Source: Monocercomonoides exilis PA203 (lineage: Eukaryota > Protista > Preaxostyla). From it: a stretch of 64,000 nt of DNA. The DNA is taken from positions 930,001-994,000 of the forward strand of contig LSRY02000028.1 in the NCBI GenBank assembly GCA_001643675.2, read 5' to 3'. Below the pieces are notes generated by a model. It saw nothing but the letters and a program-made list of their open reading frames with translations, ran no database searches and was not told the DNA's origin. The stretch's first letter is position 1. The number at the start of each line of letters is the position of its first letter. Made by a program: the position numbers and the translations under genes. Below, piece by piece: positions 11,701 to 24,268 of this stretch.

Positions 11701-14700
11701 CTCCCTCTCCTTCTTCATCCACTTCTTCTTCATCTTCCTCCTCCTCCTCTTCTTCCTCACAATACACTGTCCCGTCCATCAGAAATGCTACTCTTCGTCC
11801 AATCAACCTCATCACAATGGATTCTTATCCGCTCTCATTAGACATGCCCCCAGGCATCCCCAGCCCCAGCTACTTTTCATCATCTTCTTCCTCATCATCA
11901 TCATCTTCTTCTTCTACCTCTTCTTCCTCCTCCTCCTCCCACTTTCGCATCCACCCTTCCTTCCTCAACCTCCTCCCGGACACCACCGCCAGCGCCCTTA
12001 CCTTCCGCACTCTCTTCCCCCCTGTCCTCTTCCCCTCTCCTCCCATCCCCACGTGGCTGGCTGTGCGGTGGGGCGTGTGCCGATGGATGCATCTCTCTGA
12101 GGCTGTCCCGCTGATGCTCGCCCTCGCCAACGCCTGTGTCATCAGAGCTTGCACTGTCCATGTCCCTGCTCTTCCTGCCTCTCTCACTGTCCCTTCACTC
12201 ACTGTGGATGGCATGATGGCTGAGGTCGCTCTGTTTGAAGAGGAGCTGGCGATGTATGCACAGGAAGCAGTAGAATCTTCTTCTTCTTCTTCTTCTTCCT
12301 CATCTTCGTCCTCTTCTTCTTCTTCAAGTCAGACTTCCTCTGCCTCTTCTGCTTATTTCCCATCTGTTAACACAACACCCACCAGCCAGTCAAAATTCAG
12401 CCAGAACGAAAGCTATTTCTCCAACGAGATCTTTCCAGATGCCAATTCGCAGCATCATCTCTCTCCACTCGATCTCTCCTCCTTCTCTCCCATCTTCCCC
12501 CATCTCTTCAATAACAACAACACATCCTCTTCTTCCTCTTCCTCTTCATCCTTCAAGCACTCCTCCTCCTCCTCCTCCTCCTTCCACTCTCCCTCTCCTC
12601 CTCCTCAAGTCGCTACCTCTGCCTCAGCCTCCACCCTTTCCCTGCGTCCACAGCCATCCTCTTTCAGTACTCCTCTGCGCTCCTCTTCTCTCCGCCAGTC
12701 GCTCTCTCTCCTCTCCATCGACTGGTTCGAAGTCGGCCGTCTCTTCCTCACAGCCATCCATGGCTGCACACACCTCATCCGCACTTTTGGATGCTGCTCA
12801 CGTGCTCTCTATTCCTCCATCATCGGCTCCTTTTGGAACGGCACATTTCGTCCTCAATGGGCATATCGTCCTTCATCATCATCCTCTTCTTCTGGCTCTT
12901 CTTCTTCTTCTTCAGCGCCTTCCTCAGCCACATCACGCAAAACCCTCAAAAAGTCCTCATCTTCTACCACATCTGCCTCTGCTGGCATGGTCGATGCTCC
13001 TTCTGCCTCCACTGCCCAGCTGCCAGATGTCTCAGAGAAAGAAAACGCTCCTTTTGAAGAAGAAGTCTGGCTGAATGAACTTGTGCAGCTTGTCGCGCCT
13101 TTCTTTGCGACCTTCTTCCAATGCCCAGATGAGCATCAAACCTCTCCTCGTCCATTCTGCTCCTCCTGCTTCTCTTTGGAGCACCCTCACTCTCTCTTCC
13201 ACCTCAACATCCCCGTTGCTTTCTCTCCTTATGTCACATCGCCTGCTTCCCAGCTCTCTCCCACATCGCCCTGCGACTCTTCTTCTTCTTCTTCTTCTTC
13301 TTCTTCTTCTTCTTCTTCTTCTTCTTCTTCTTCTTCTTCTTCTTCTCGTCTCCCTCCTGTCTACTCTCAAATCCTCTCCTCTCTTTCTGAAGACCCCTCT
13401 GTCAAGCACACCACACGCCCCACCAGCTTCCTCCGCTGGCACCACATCCTCTCCTTCGTGTTCCCCTTCCTCTCGTTCTGCCCCTGCTGCTCTGTTCTCC
13501 CCCGCAACACCATCACGCACATCCTCTTTGCTGCTCGAATGACTCACAGAAAGATGGTCAGAGAAGCTGAGCAGATGGCTGCAATTGCTGCTATGTCTGC
13601 TGATCAGGGCTCTTCCTCTGCATCTTTGCAGTCTTCTTCGTCTTCTTCTGTCTCATCTTCTTCTTCGTCTTCGTATGTTTGTGCTTCTTCTTCATATTAT
13701 TATCCTCCTTTTGCCCCTTCTTCCTTCACAGCCATTTCACCTGGTTCTTCTTCTTCCTCCTCCTCCTCATCTTCTTCTTCCTCTTTCAGCTCCTTCACTC
13801 CATCCATCTCTCCTGTCTATTCCGTCGCAGATGTGCCCTCTGAACGGGAATTAGTGAAGAAATATGCTGAGCTTGTGTCTGACATCCAGAAAGCTGCCAT
13901 CGACTGCCTCAACACCGTCATCGAGTCTGTCGAGTCACTCGGCCAGTCTGCCTCTCTCTCTTCAGTCACACGCAACCTGTTTGTGAAAGCAGTCATTACA
14001 CACACTTCAATCAGCGCCCAGCAGGCTAATGCTCCGCTCACTCCTGTTAACCACCTCGCTTTTCTGTCTGCTGCCAAGTATCTGCCACACGATGCACCAA
14101 AAGGATCAACAAAAAGACTGCTGCAGATCAGCACCTCTCCCAGCGATGCCTCTGCAGACAACGACTTCTCAGCCAGAAACCACACATTCTCACCCACAGG
14201 GCAGATGGACACAGCGCCTGCCTTTTTGGACCCACCGAAGACGCCTCGTGGGATGGGCGCATCTCAACAGCAGCTGCGCCACGACTCACGTTCAGGCAGA
14301 GGAGGAGTGCGGGTGAGGGGCAGCGATGTCTGCATGCATCTGAAAGCGCCTCATCGCGTGCTCCTCTCCACACCACTCAACATCGTCCAGCACATCACAC
14401 GAGAGCTGCTACCTTGTCTGGGCGCTGTTCTGTTTGGCGGCCGGTCGCGTTGGGGTGCCACTCATCTGTCTGACGGGCTGTGCTGTGTGCTGCATGGGGT
14501 AGGGGAGTGCAGCTGTGTGAGAGAGTGGAAGTCTCCGATGAAGAGGGGGATGACTTCAGAAGACGTAGATTTCATCTACTTGTTTGAAGGAGGGAACAAC
14601 GTGGGCACACACACAACTCTCAATGGAGATGCCCAGGGAGCTTCTTCGTCTTCTTCGGTGGGCGTGTCGCAGCTGGACCAGTCTACACAGAACTTGTCCA

Positions 14701-17700
14701 TTCAAGAGACTGAGCTATCTACGCAGCACAGCACTAGCATCAGTGCACAGTCGTTAACAACAGACAAATACTTGGATGCCCATCCAGCACAGCAAAAGGG
14801 GAATGCATCAGCAACTCCTTCTTCTTATATGAATCCTCATGCCCAGCTGCCAACGGTACCGTCAATGCCTGATCTCCCTTCTGCAGACAATCCTGATCAG
14901 GCAACCATTTTCGACCCACCCGCAATCACACAGCAAAAGCCTTCTAATTCCTCCTCTTCCTCTTCTTCGAATTCCAGTCTGACTTCGAACTCGCCTATCT
15001 TTCCTGCAATGCACCAGCCTTTGGGCTTCCGGCAGATATCGAGTGCAGCCGTCGCTTCTTCTTCCACCACGCTGACAATCGATCCGAAGAGGCCTCGCTC
15101 ACACATCCTGGCAAAGACGTACAGAAACATGCGTCTCCACATCCATCTGATTCTGTCAACTCCGCCTCTTCCTGTGCTGCCTGGGAAGTTTGTGCACGGT
15201 CTCCTATGCACAACGTCATCAGTTGTGATTTCGCTGCTTTCGTGGCTCCTGTTTCCTTCCATTCAGCCCATCTTCGAGAATGTAGACACACTTTTCGCAG
15301 GAGAGACAAGAGGCGCCTGGGAAAAGAACAAAGAATCCATTGCATCAAAGGAAGGAACCAAGTCAACCAAACGAGAAAAGCCCAGTGGACATCTGTATCC
15401 CACATACCGTTCGGCATCATCCTCTTCTTCATCTCAATCTCAGTCCCAGTCTGACTCGAAGTCTTCCTCTCCATATGGCTTTGATCCCTATCAGGCACCG
15501 CAGTGGTACTCGTGCAGCCGCTCAAGCTCCATCCCACACATGCCAATTGTAGAGTCCTACATGCAGACATCGAGGGATGTGCTAAACAGCCATCTGCCTC
15601 CGTCTGCTGTTCCACCTGCTGCTCAGCAGCGCTTGTCCTTCCCAACAAGCCTGCATGAGCTGGACACGACGACAACGTTGATGGTGATCTCACTGATGAA
15701 CAGCGAGTTCTTCAACTACGGCATTGTGAATTCTGTGAAGCTGGAGCAACAGACGAGCCAGACGCGGATGATTCTGGTGGAACCGCAGCTGTCACACTTC
15801 CACAACAGCATCCAGATGAACTACGAGGCGCAGTCACGCACCATCCACGAGCACGTGCCCAGCACAGCGAAGGAGCTGGAGGAGTCGCTTGAGGCAGATG
15901 AGGATGACTATCCGTACTTACCCCATGTTATCTCTTTCATCATCGAGTGCTTCCTTCAGGGCATGTTCTATGTGTACGAGACAAACCGTGCATCACCAGC
16001 ATTCACATGCAGACACGGGATGTTTGTATCGATCTGCCGTGTTCTGCTGTGGGTGATGAAGATATCTGACTCACATGACATCCAACTGCACATCGATGGA
16101 GCAGACACACTCACTCCGAGCGATGTGAGGCTGGTGGATTTGATGGCAGCACTTCTGCTTATACCACTCTCCACAGTTATTGCCAGGCAGGACATGATGA
16201 TTGGACTGCTATCGAAGAGAATCCTTGCGCGCTACTTGACTGAATCCACAGCTGACTCGTCTCTTCTCGATGTCTCCACATCTTCTCCTCCTCACTCTTC
16301 GGTGGGACTCGATGAAGGCTCATCTCCAAATGCTTATTTGAATGCTGAGCGCACTTCATCATTCGAAAAAGCGTATGAAAAGATGTTCCCTCAGAACTCG
16401 AATACAACGCCTAGATTGGGCTTTGGCGGATTGCCAAGCTCAAGAAAGAGGAGCGGAGTGGAAGAAGGAAGGAGGAAAGGAAGTGAAATGAAAAGAAGAG
16501 AGAGAGATGTGCTGAACAGCCCTCTGCTTGTGATTCTGGCCGGGTTGCTTGATTTGGAGCTTGAGTGCCTGTCTGTCTGCCCGTACATCAATCAGAGAGG
16601 AGGAAATGTTCATCTGCTGGAAGGCGGGCAATGCTTCATTCCTGATCAGACAAGCGACATGAATTTGAGAGAGCTTCTGCCAGACAGCTCGATGCACAAC
16701 AGAAACAACATCTTCGGCGTGATGAATGTGGAGCATCACATTGTGCTTATCATTGCACTGTATGGAGTGTTGACAGAGGTTTCGACAAGCAGCGGAAGCA
16801 GAACTTACATGATGAATGAAGCAATTGCAACATTAGAGAAGCAGTCAATTCTGCCCTCATCAGCTTCAACACCGGGTATTCCTTCACCAGATTCCTCTGC
16901 TTCCTCAATCCCATCTGCCATTCATCCTTCTTTGCTGGCCTCGTCAAAGAACTTCATTCACATCTCTGCTGAGCAGTCATCCGTCCGTGCCAAAAAGCGC
17001 AAACACTCTCCAGCATTGATTAGACTCCGCTTTATTATGCTTCGTCTGTCTATGAACTGCAATCTATTTGAGCCAGTCATCACGTTCCCGCCTTCTCCTT
17101 TTGACAGAACAGCTCCAACAGCGGCAGCTGGCGGATCCTCCATCGAATTTGGCATGCCATCATCTCTGAGAGAAGAAGACGAAGCTCCCACAAATCGATC
17201 CAAAAACCCCAAATGGGTACCAACCTTCCAATCTCTTGCCAGCAATTCCTCAGAAGTGGACAATCAAAACTCTGCATATTCGGCCTCAAAGCTTTCCAGA
17301 CTCGACATTAACCGGCCGGAGCCACTGTTGCACGTTTTGCGGCCAGGTGAGGAAGATGGAAAAGGAGCGAATGGCAGAGGCAACACAGCAGAACATAAGC
17401 TGCCACAGGAAGTGACTGTGCCAATGCCAACATCGACGATGCAGCACTGGCGCGATGTATTTGCAGAGCAAGTGCGTCTTTCGATCTTCTCGCTGCCAGC
17501 ACACATGCTGCGTCTGACGTCCATTCTGTCGCTTTGGATACCCCACGAATATCCCCACTCGCCAATGGTGTCTGCCTTTATCTGCATGCACAACACGTCT
17601 CTGATCATGAACGATCCGCTCCAGACAGTCCTATCATTCGTCAGGCACCACACTCCCTGGACACCCCGTCAGTCGCTTGCCATTTACACAGAAGACTACC

Positions 17701-20700
17701 GACGAGTGCGCGTTGTGCCGACATTCTTTGAGATGTACTACGAGAACATCGGCGGGGCACACGGAAGCTCGTGGCTCAAGTTTGCACAGCAGCTTCCGCT
17801 GGACCTGCTCGACCCGTCGACTGCGAAGGAGATCAAGCGAAAGCTGTCGCCAAAGACGATGTATGAAGTGGCACGTGAGCAGAACGCACGAGGAAGTGGG
17901 CAGATTGATCCAGAGATGGCAAGTGAGGAGAGCAAGCATCTGTATCATGTTGTGTTCAGATGGGGGTTGCCTTTCCCTGCGTCGCTGGTCAAAACGAAAA
18001 AGAGGATGCCTCCAAAGCAGTTCAATTCAGCCATTGCAGTCACTTCATCGACAACTGCCAACAAGTCGATCTCGGCGTTTCTGAAGGGATCGCAGATGAA
18101 CTCACCAGCGGATGTTTCGTCGCCCTCGAGAGTTTCTTCTCTGAAGGCTGACTCATCAGAAGATTATTTCATTGGCAAAAAAGAGAGACACAGCAAATCA
18201 CGCAATATTTCTCAAACAGGAATTTTTGATCCAATCACACAAAACTCGCTGAATGAAGAGAAAAAGCATCAGAGTTCCCATTCTCTCACAGACTGCCTTC
18301 TTCCTCATTGGGATCAGACCAGTGCTGCACTGGCTGGGCATCTGTTCCGCCATCACCAGAACACTGTGTCTGCATTGCTGTGCAGCTTCTTCGCTTTCAC
18401 TGAGGCCATGTGCTATTCCTCTGACGACACAACAGGTGACTCAACAGCGTTCGACCTGCCAAAGCCGTCGAAGCTGATGCACGCTGAAACATCGCTGCTT
18501 CCAGGTAGCATCGCAGCAGTGATGCCATCAGAGGCCTCTTCGAAGTTTGCCAATGTTTCATCGCCTGTCATGCCTTCTGCTGGTTCGTCTGCTGAGCAGC
18601 CACAGATTGTGCTCACCACTCGCGATTCGCTGGTTGTTGCGCCTGTACAGGTGAACACATTCAATGTATTTGGCGGGACAAACAGAATGAGAGATATTCT
18701 GTCTGGCTGGTGGTCGCTTTCTGTTCCACGGTTGTTGAACCCAGCCAACAAAGCACAGCTTCTGATGGGACGTTCTTCGCCTCCGATTGTCAGAGAATCG
18801 CCAATGCCTCTTCTGCCCCCGAGCTCCTCTCCATTCCCACACAGCTACCAACAGAAGAATCTGAACCAGAATGTATCATCAGGAACAGCAGCTGGTTCAA
18901 AGGGAATGGCTGGCAGTGCAGACAAACCAGGGGAAACAGAAGAAGGACGATGGCTTTGGAGTGGCACTCTTTCTGGGCTGCCGCTTCTTCCTGTGTGGAG
19001 TGTTTCAGGCAACATGTTCCCGTTGAAGCACACTTCAACATCCACATCAACTCCTGTCTTTACCACTTCCACAGCTGAGTCTGCTGCTTCATCATCTACC
19101 AATTCTTCTTCGTCCCAGCGTTCTGTTGTGTTTAATCCTCGTGCTATTCGTGTTGCACAGGCTGATCTCCTGTCTGTCTTCCAGTTTCTGTCGCACTGCA
19201 AGTCACTCACTTCGCAGCTGAACTACGAATTGGAGGAGATTGTCAACTCGTCTTCTGGATCGAGTCTACTTCCTTCTTCAATCGGCTTTCTTTCTGGCAT
19301 TCCTCTGTTCTTTTCTTTTCCTTTCATCCACTTCTCCACATACATCCGAAATGTTGTCACAACATCGCATGTTCAGCAGTCTGCCTCGCGAATGCATCTA
19401 TCAGCCATCCCAACTTCCGGTGAAGATCCATTTGACCAGATGCCGTATGTGCATCCGTTGTCTCCACCTCCTTGCTCTCCTTCTTCGCTCACAGCATCCT
19501 ACTTCGAGAAAGGCCAAGCGGATGCCTGGGAGCACAGCAACGAAGAGGTTGCGCAGAGGCAAAAGAGACTCTATCTGATGCAAGGCCCACCGAACAAGAA
19601 GCTGTTCCCGCACTTTATCTCTTCCCATTTCTCGGTGCATTCAGACACTCCTGTTCTGAGGATGGTTGTGTCATCGCATGCATGTTCAGACACTTCTCCC
19701 AACTCAAAGGAGCTTTTGATGCGCCAACCGCATCTGATGCCTCGAGCCAATCGCAAAGAGCTGTTTGTTGGATTCGGAAGCAAACCATTCTCTTTGACGC
19801 TCGACTCATCGTTGCAGTCAACGGAACATTCAGAGTCTACCTTGTCTTCGTCTGGAAATCCTTATCAAAGCAATGCAGCTGCGCCGATGGTGAATGAAGT
19901 GTCACCGTTTCCTGACACACTCAGCGACACTGGCAATCCTGTCTGGCTGGTCGATATTCTCGTGTGGTTGGGATATGCCATCTCATCACCACCACCTGTG
20001 AGTTACGGCTTTGGAGGTGGGATTACTCCTCTTTCAATGCCGAACTGCATCTCGTCAGGATTAGCTTATTCTCCAGTTGAATATGCGCTCTCCTTCTTTG
20101 CCAGAGTGACACGTGAAGTGCTGATTCATCTGCAGCGCGATCCACAGACAATTGAAGAGCAGGCAGCGTCATACATGAAGCTGGACACTGAGCATGGCAT
20201 TGTCGTCCCTCCTTCGTCGCATTCACGCTCATCATCACCTCAGTCGCTGAGCAGACACCAATCAATGAGAGAAGAGTTCACCAGAGGCAGAACGGGCAGA
20301 AGGAGAGATGCAGCAGTACAGGACACTTCTCCGCAAAGAAACCAAATTTCGAAGGAATCACGCGATGACAGCGAGTCTGGTGCAATGACAAGAGGAAGGA
20401 ATCTCTCGCCAATTGTTCAGTCTCCACTGCGAAACAGTCAGAAGAACAGAAGCAGAAGCAGCAGTGCTGACTCTCCTTGTGATCTGCTTGGAGCCGCTGA
20501 TCTGAAGCAGAAGCAGATGGTTGATGCATTTGCTGGGCAGAGCATCCACAACGCAGCATCTGCTCTGTTTGCTGTATCCAACGAAGACTTCGACCAGAGC
20601 TTTTATCTTCTTCATCGAAGGCCTGCTTTTGTTCGTCCGCCACCAAGTGTGTCCATTCCTCATTCATCGCGACTGATGCTCGACTGGTTTGGTTCTCATT

Positions 20701-23700
20701 TTCTGTACAATGCAGCGCTGCCGTCTGTGCAGAAGTCTGTAGCATCTCCTGTTGCGTCTTCTGTGCCAGCGGGTGAGTTCTTCCCTGCTGTGCATCAGTT
20801 GGAAGGGCGCGATCGGAACATTCTCCCAATTCAAGCACGCAACGCCCTTTCCTTCTCTCGCTCGCACGAAGAGCTGGCAACTGAGCGGAACAACGTTCTT
20901 TATCTGGCATCACCAGCACAGTTTGTCACTGTCCCGCTGCTTCTTGCCAATCCATACAGTTTTCATGCGTCTATCATGCTTTTCCTCCTCAACGGCACAT
21001 CGCTTTGGGGCACTCTCATTTCTCTCATCGATCCTGCTGTGTTTTCTGTTTGTCCTTCTCCTCTCTCCTTTTCTGTGCGTCCGCCGCTCTGCTCGTATTC
21101 TCCTGTGAACAGAAAGACTCAGCCATTCTCTATTTTGATGATGACTGACCTGCACAACATCGACAAGACTGCACGTGCACAGATGGCTGATGCTGCTAAG
21201 CTTCCATTATCATCTTCTGCTCCAAACGAGCTGACCATTAAGATACCGTCTGTGAACTCGAGAGAGGCACAGCTATCAAGTGGATGGGGCGGTGGAGGAT
21301 CGCCTTGGAGTCGTTCATCAATGGGGGAGCAACGGTCGCGTCTACGTGCTTCTCCTGTGAAGCCCTCTTCCATTCCAGCCAAGCCGCTCTTTGCCCACTT
21401 TCCGCACCGCCACTCGCCTTCTTCTGCGAGTGTGGATCTGTTCTCCTTCATCGCAGCTGTTGGCGCCTCCCGCTTTGAAGTGCTGTCTGTGCGATCCTTC
21501 TTTTCAGTGCTGCTAATTATGGAGTATGTGCTTGAGGCTGCGACTAAGCTGTCTCGCATAAGCGTCGAATTCAACGGTATCTTCCGCTCAGCAGTCGCAA
21601 CAGCTGCTTTCCAAAAAAGGACTCAAAAGCTGAATTCCCAGCTTTCGCAGTTCGGTGCATCACAATTGCACTCCTCTGTTTCAGCACAGCAGCAGTCTAA
21701 TCAGCCTGGCACTTCTTTGACGCTTCCAGTCATCCATCCGCCTTCAATGCTTCCATCTGCTCAGCCCGTCCAGAACTCCTCATCATCTGAGCCATATCTT
21801 TCGTTGGTTCAGCCTGCTCCCTCGCTTCATTCACTGAGTGTTGCCTTTCCAGTGGCTGATCCTTACTGGCCATCGTCTTTGTCCTTCTTCATCCACAACA
21901 ATGGCCACACGCTCCATGTACTCTCACAGCTGCTCCGCCCAACAGCCACAGACGATGCGCTTCGGTGGAAGTATCCGCAGAGCTTGATGGGGTCGTGGTC
22001 GATCTTTGCAGAAAGGCAGAGGAAGGAGATTCAGTCTGTGTGGCCACTGCTGATCAACAAAGTTTGGGATCTCATCAGTATTCCTTTGATGGCAAAGCAG
22101 AACGAGCTCATGCTGAACAGTAGTGTTTCGATCAGAGTGGAGAAGACGGGGACGTATCAGGACTACGGGCCATCGATGAAAACACCTCTTGTTTCTTCCG
22201 CTTCTGGAGAGATACACAACAGCCCATCGTTTTTGCATCACAAAAGCTTCCTTCTTCCACATTTAAATTCTGCTTCTATTCAATCTTCTTCCCTATCATC
22301 GTCATCATCATCTTCTTCTTCTACATCTTCTTCCTTGTCAATTCCGCCTTTATCAAAATACACGCAAGAGCAAAAGATTCTGTTGGACAGAAAAGTAATG
22401 ATTGATCAAGAACGTATTTGGATGCTTGAATACAAGCTGACACATTCCATTGAGAACAAAGGGAAATCCATCATTCCCGACAACCACTACCTCTCATCTG
22501 TGCGTGTCCTCTCTGACAACGGAGTCATTGAGAGCGTTGTCAACACGCTGCGCACTTTCGTGAGAAAGTCTAAATCTCCCAGCGCTTTTCTCCTCCGCTC
22601 CACAATCTATTCGCCATTCAGCCTATCGGACTCTTCAGAACAGCAAATAGATTCTTCAACTTCTCCAACAAGCGACGAAGAAGGAGAACCACAAGAGACA
22701 TCAGTGCCAGCTGAGCAGGCGCTGCTTTCTGGAGGACAGATTAACTCAGCTGAAGTCGATAAGCAACCAGCACAAAAGACAGTGAGAGAGGAATCAAAGT
22801 ATAACAATGAACTTAACCGAATGCCGCTTCCTACCAAGATTATTGAGTTTGAGGTGATTATTCCAATACATGGTGGACTGTCATTGACGCAGTTTGACAT
22901 GCTCACATCTATCCTGACATTCCTCGTGATGCTAATTCCACACAACCGCCTGGCGAAACGAATTGCTCGGCTCGACATTGCAGAGCTGCTGCTAAACAGC
23001 ACAACTTTTGTTTCATCTCTTCTGCTTTCGAATTCTGGCACTCATTATCCGCTCATTCCTCCATACGATCTGATTGGCTGTGCTAATTCTGCTTTTGCCA
23101 CTTCGCGAATGGTTGAGATTCCTTCCTCTTCCTCCTCCTCCTCCTCTTCTTCTTCTTATGTGGGAGCGCCAGACACTTCAGCTACTTCTCCTAGTTCCAT
23201 TGCACCATCTTCACAGTCTGCTCACACTTCATCTCTCAGATCATTACCAACATATCAACCGAGCCCTGCTCTGAACTCTCCTTCTTATCCAACCCATCTC
23301 CGCACAAATGACACCGAGCAGAAGGAGAGCAGCGACATCTTCTTTGAAGTCTTTACGCCACCTCAGTCGTCTTCCATCCCCTCTGCCGTGGCAATAGCTA
23401 CGCCTCAGATGGGAACACCCCCCACATCACTGATAATCGACAACCCGCCGTTTCTGATATTCTTCCGTCTGTCTTCTTGTCTTTCGCAATGTCTGACTCT
23501 CTTAAACTTAATAGCAACTTACAACCCCAGCATCATTCATTATTTGACTACTCAGTCTTATTTTCCTTATCTTCTGATTACGCTTGCATGCGTTCCTGTT
23601 TATTCTCCTTCTTCTCCGTTGGACAATACTCTTATTCCTTTTCGATCTGTCAATCTTCGCGGATCTGCACTTCAACTGGCTGTAACTCTTTCTAAGAGCT

Positions 23701-23759
23701 GCTCCATCCTTCATCAGTTTTGCAAGAAACTATTACAATTTAAGAAGGTTGTTCAATGA
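5750..23759 (+). CDS. STK36: Giant Fused/STK36 (ULK-family) Ser/Thr kinase, ~5980 aa; exons 5750-5836 and 5904-23759
   Basis: Removing a 67-nt GT..AG intron (5837-5903) gives IGEGSFGKVFQ-GRLKYTGNIVAMKYISK, the Fused/TIO-type N-lobe. HRDLKPQNILI, KLCDFGFA, SIKGTPLYMAPE, KADLWSLG and RFQWPELLNHQFV are all intact. After the kinase come a Glu-rich region, a ubiquitin-like domain, and hydrophobic helical blocks separated by Ser-rich inserts. Confidence 0.85.
8331..8583 (+). other. Ubiquitin-like (beta-grasp) domain inside the Fused-type kinase
   Basis: EITLNFHKSDGGVISFQINRNATVLSAKERL...LVILTVEGEQLLEEYTLEEYEIESGTVLGLIV follows the ubiquitin pattern (TxxxxKxxI...L-I-x-x-G-x-x-L-x-x-x-x-T-L-x-x-Y-x-I-x-x-x-x-T-x-x-L-V). 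There is no terminal GG. Confidence 0.8.
13278..13346 (+). repeat. Pure (TCT)23 coding trinucleotide repeat (poly-Ser)
   Basis: Uninterrupted TCT run in frame within the kinase ORF. Confidence 0.9.
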
Positions 23760-24268
23760 GAAGGAAAATGCAAGTATTTATTTTTACACACATGTTGTTA
23801 TATAATTGGGCATTTTATGAAATTTGCCTTTGGTTTTCACCTGGTTGTAATTTCACTTCAATTTTTTGTTTGTAAAGTTATACAAAATAAATCTATCTAT
23901 GTACAAGGAAGGTACTTTCTTTTAATAAAAAGTATTCGGATAAAAAAAATAGATAGTAATAAATGCAATAGAGTTTATTTCAAATGAATTGTGAATTCTG
24001 ATAATTTTCTCCACACTTTATACACTTTTGGACATTAGAAAACAAAACGCGTTCAAGTTTTTTTCACTTAATTTTAATAACGGAAGTTCCATTTTTTGAT
24101 TCTGTTAATATTCCGTGGGAAACATCTCACGAAATGATACATACAAGTAATAAAATAAAGTAGTTATTTTGTGAAAAATTTTCACAAAAATATAATTTTT
24201 TTTTCTAATTCCGAAGAATCTCCTGTTCCAGCTCCAAATAGATCAAAATCCAAACTATCTGATTTATA

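Noticed and set aside
6280-23714. Dozens of nested or antisense ORFs in the kinase (poly-Arg, poly-Leu, poly-Glu)
   Set aside because: Alternative-frame readings of TCT/GAA repeats in GC-richer coding DNA, with no domain signal.
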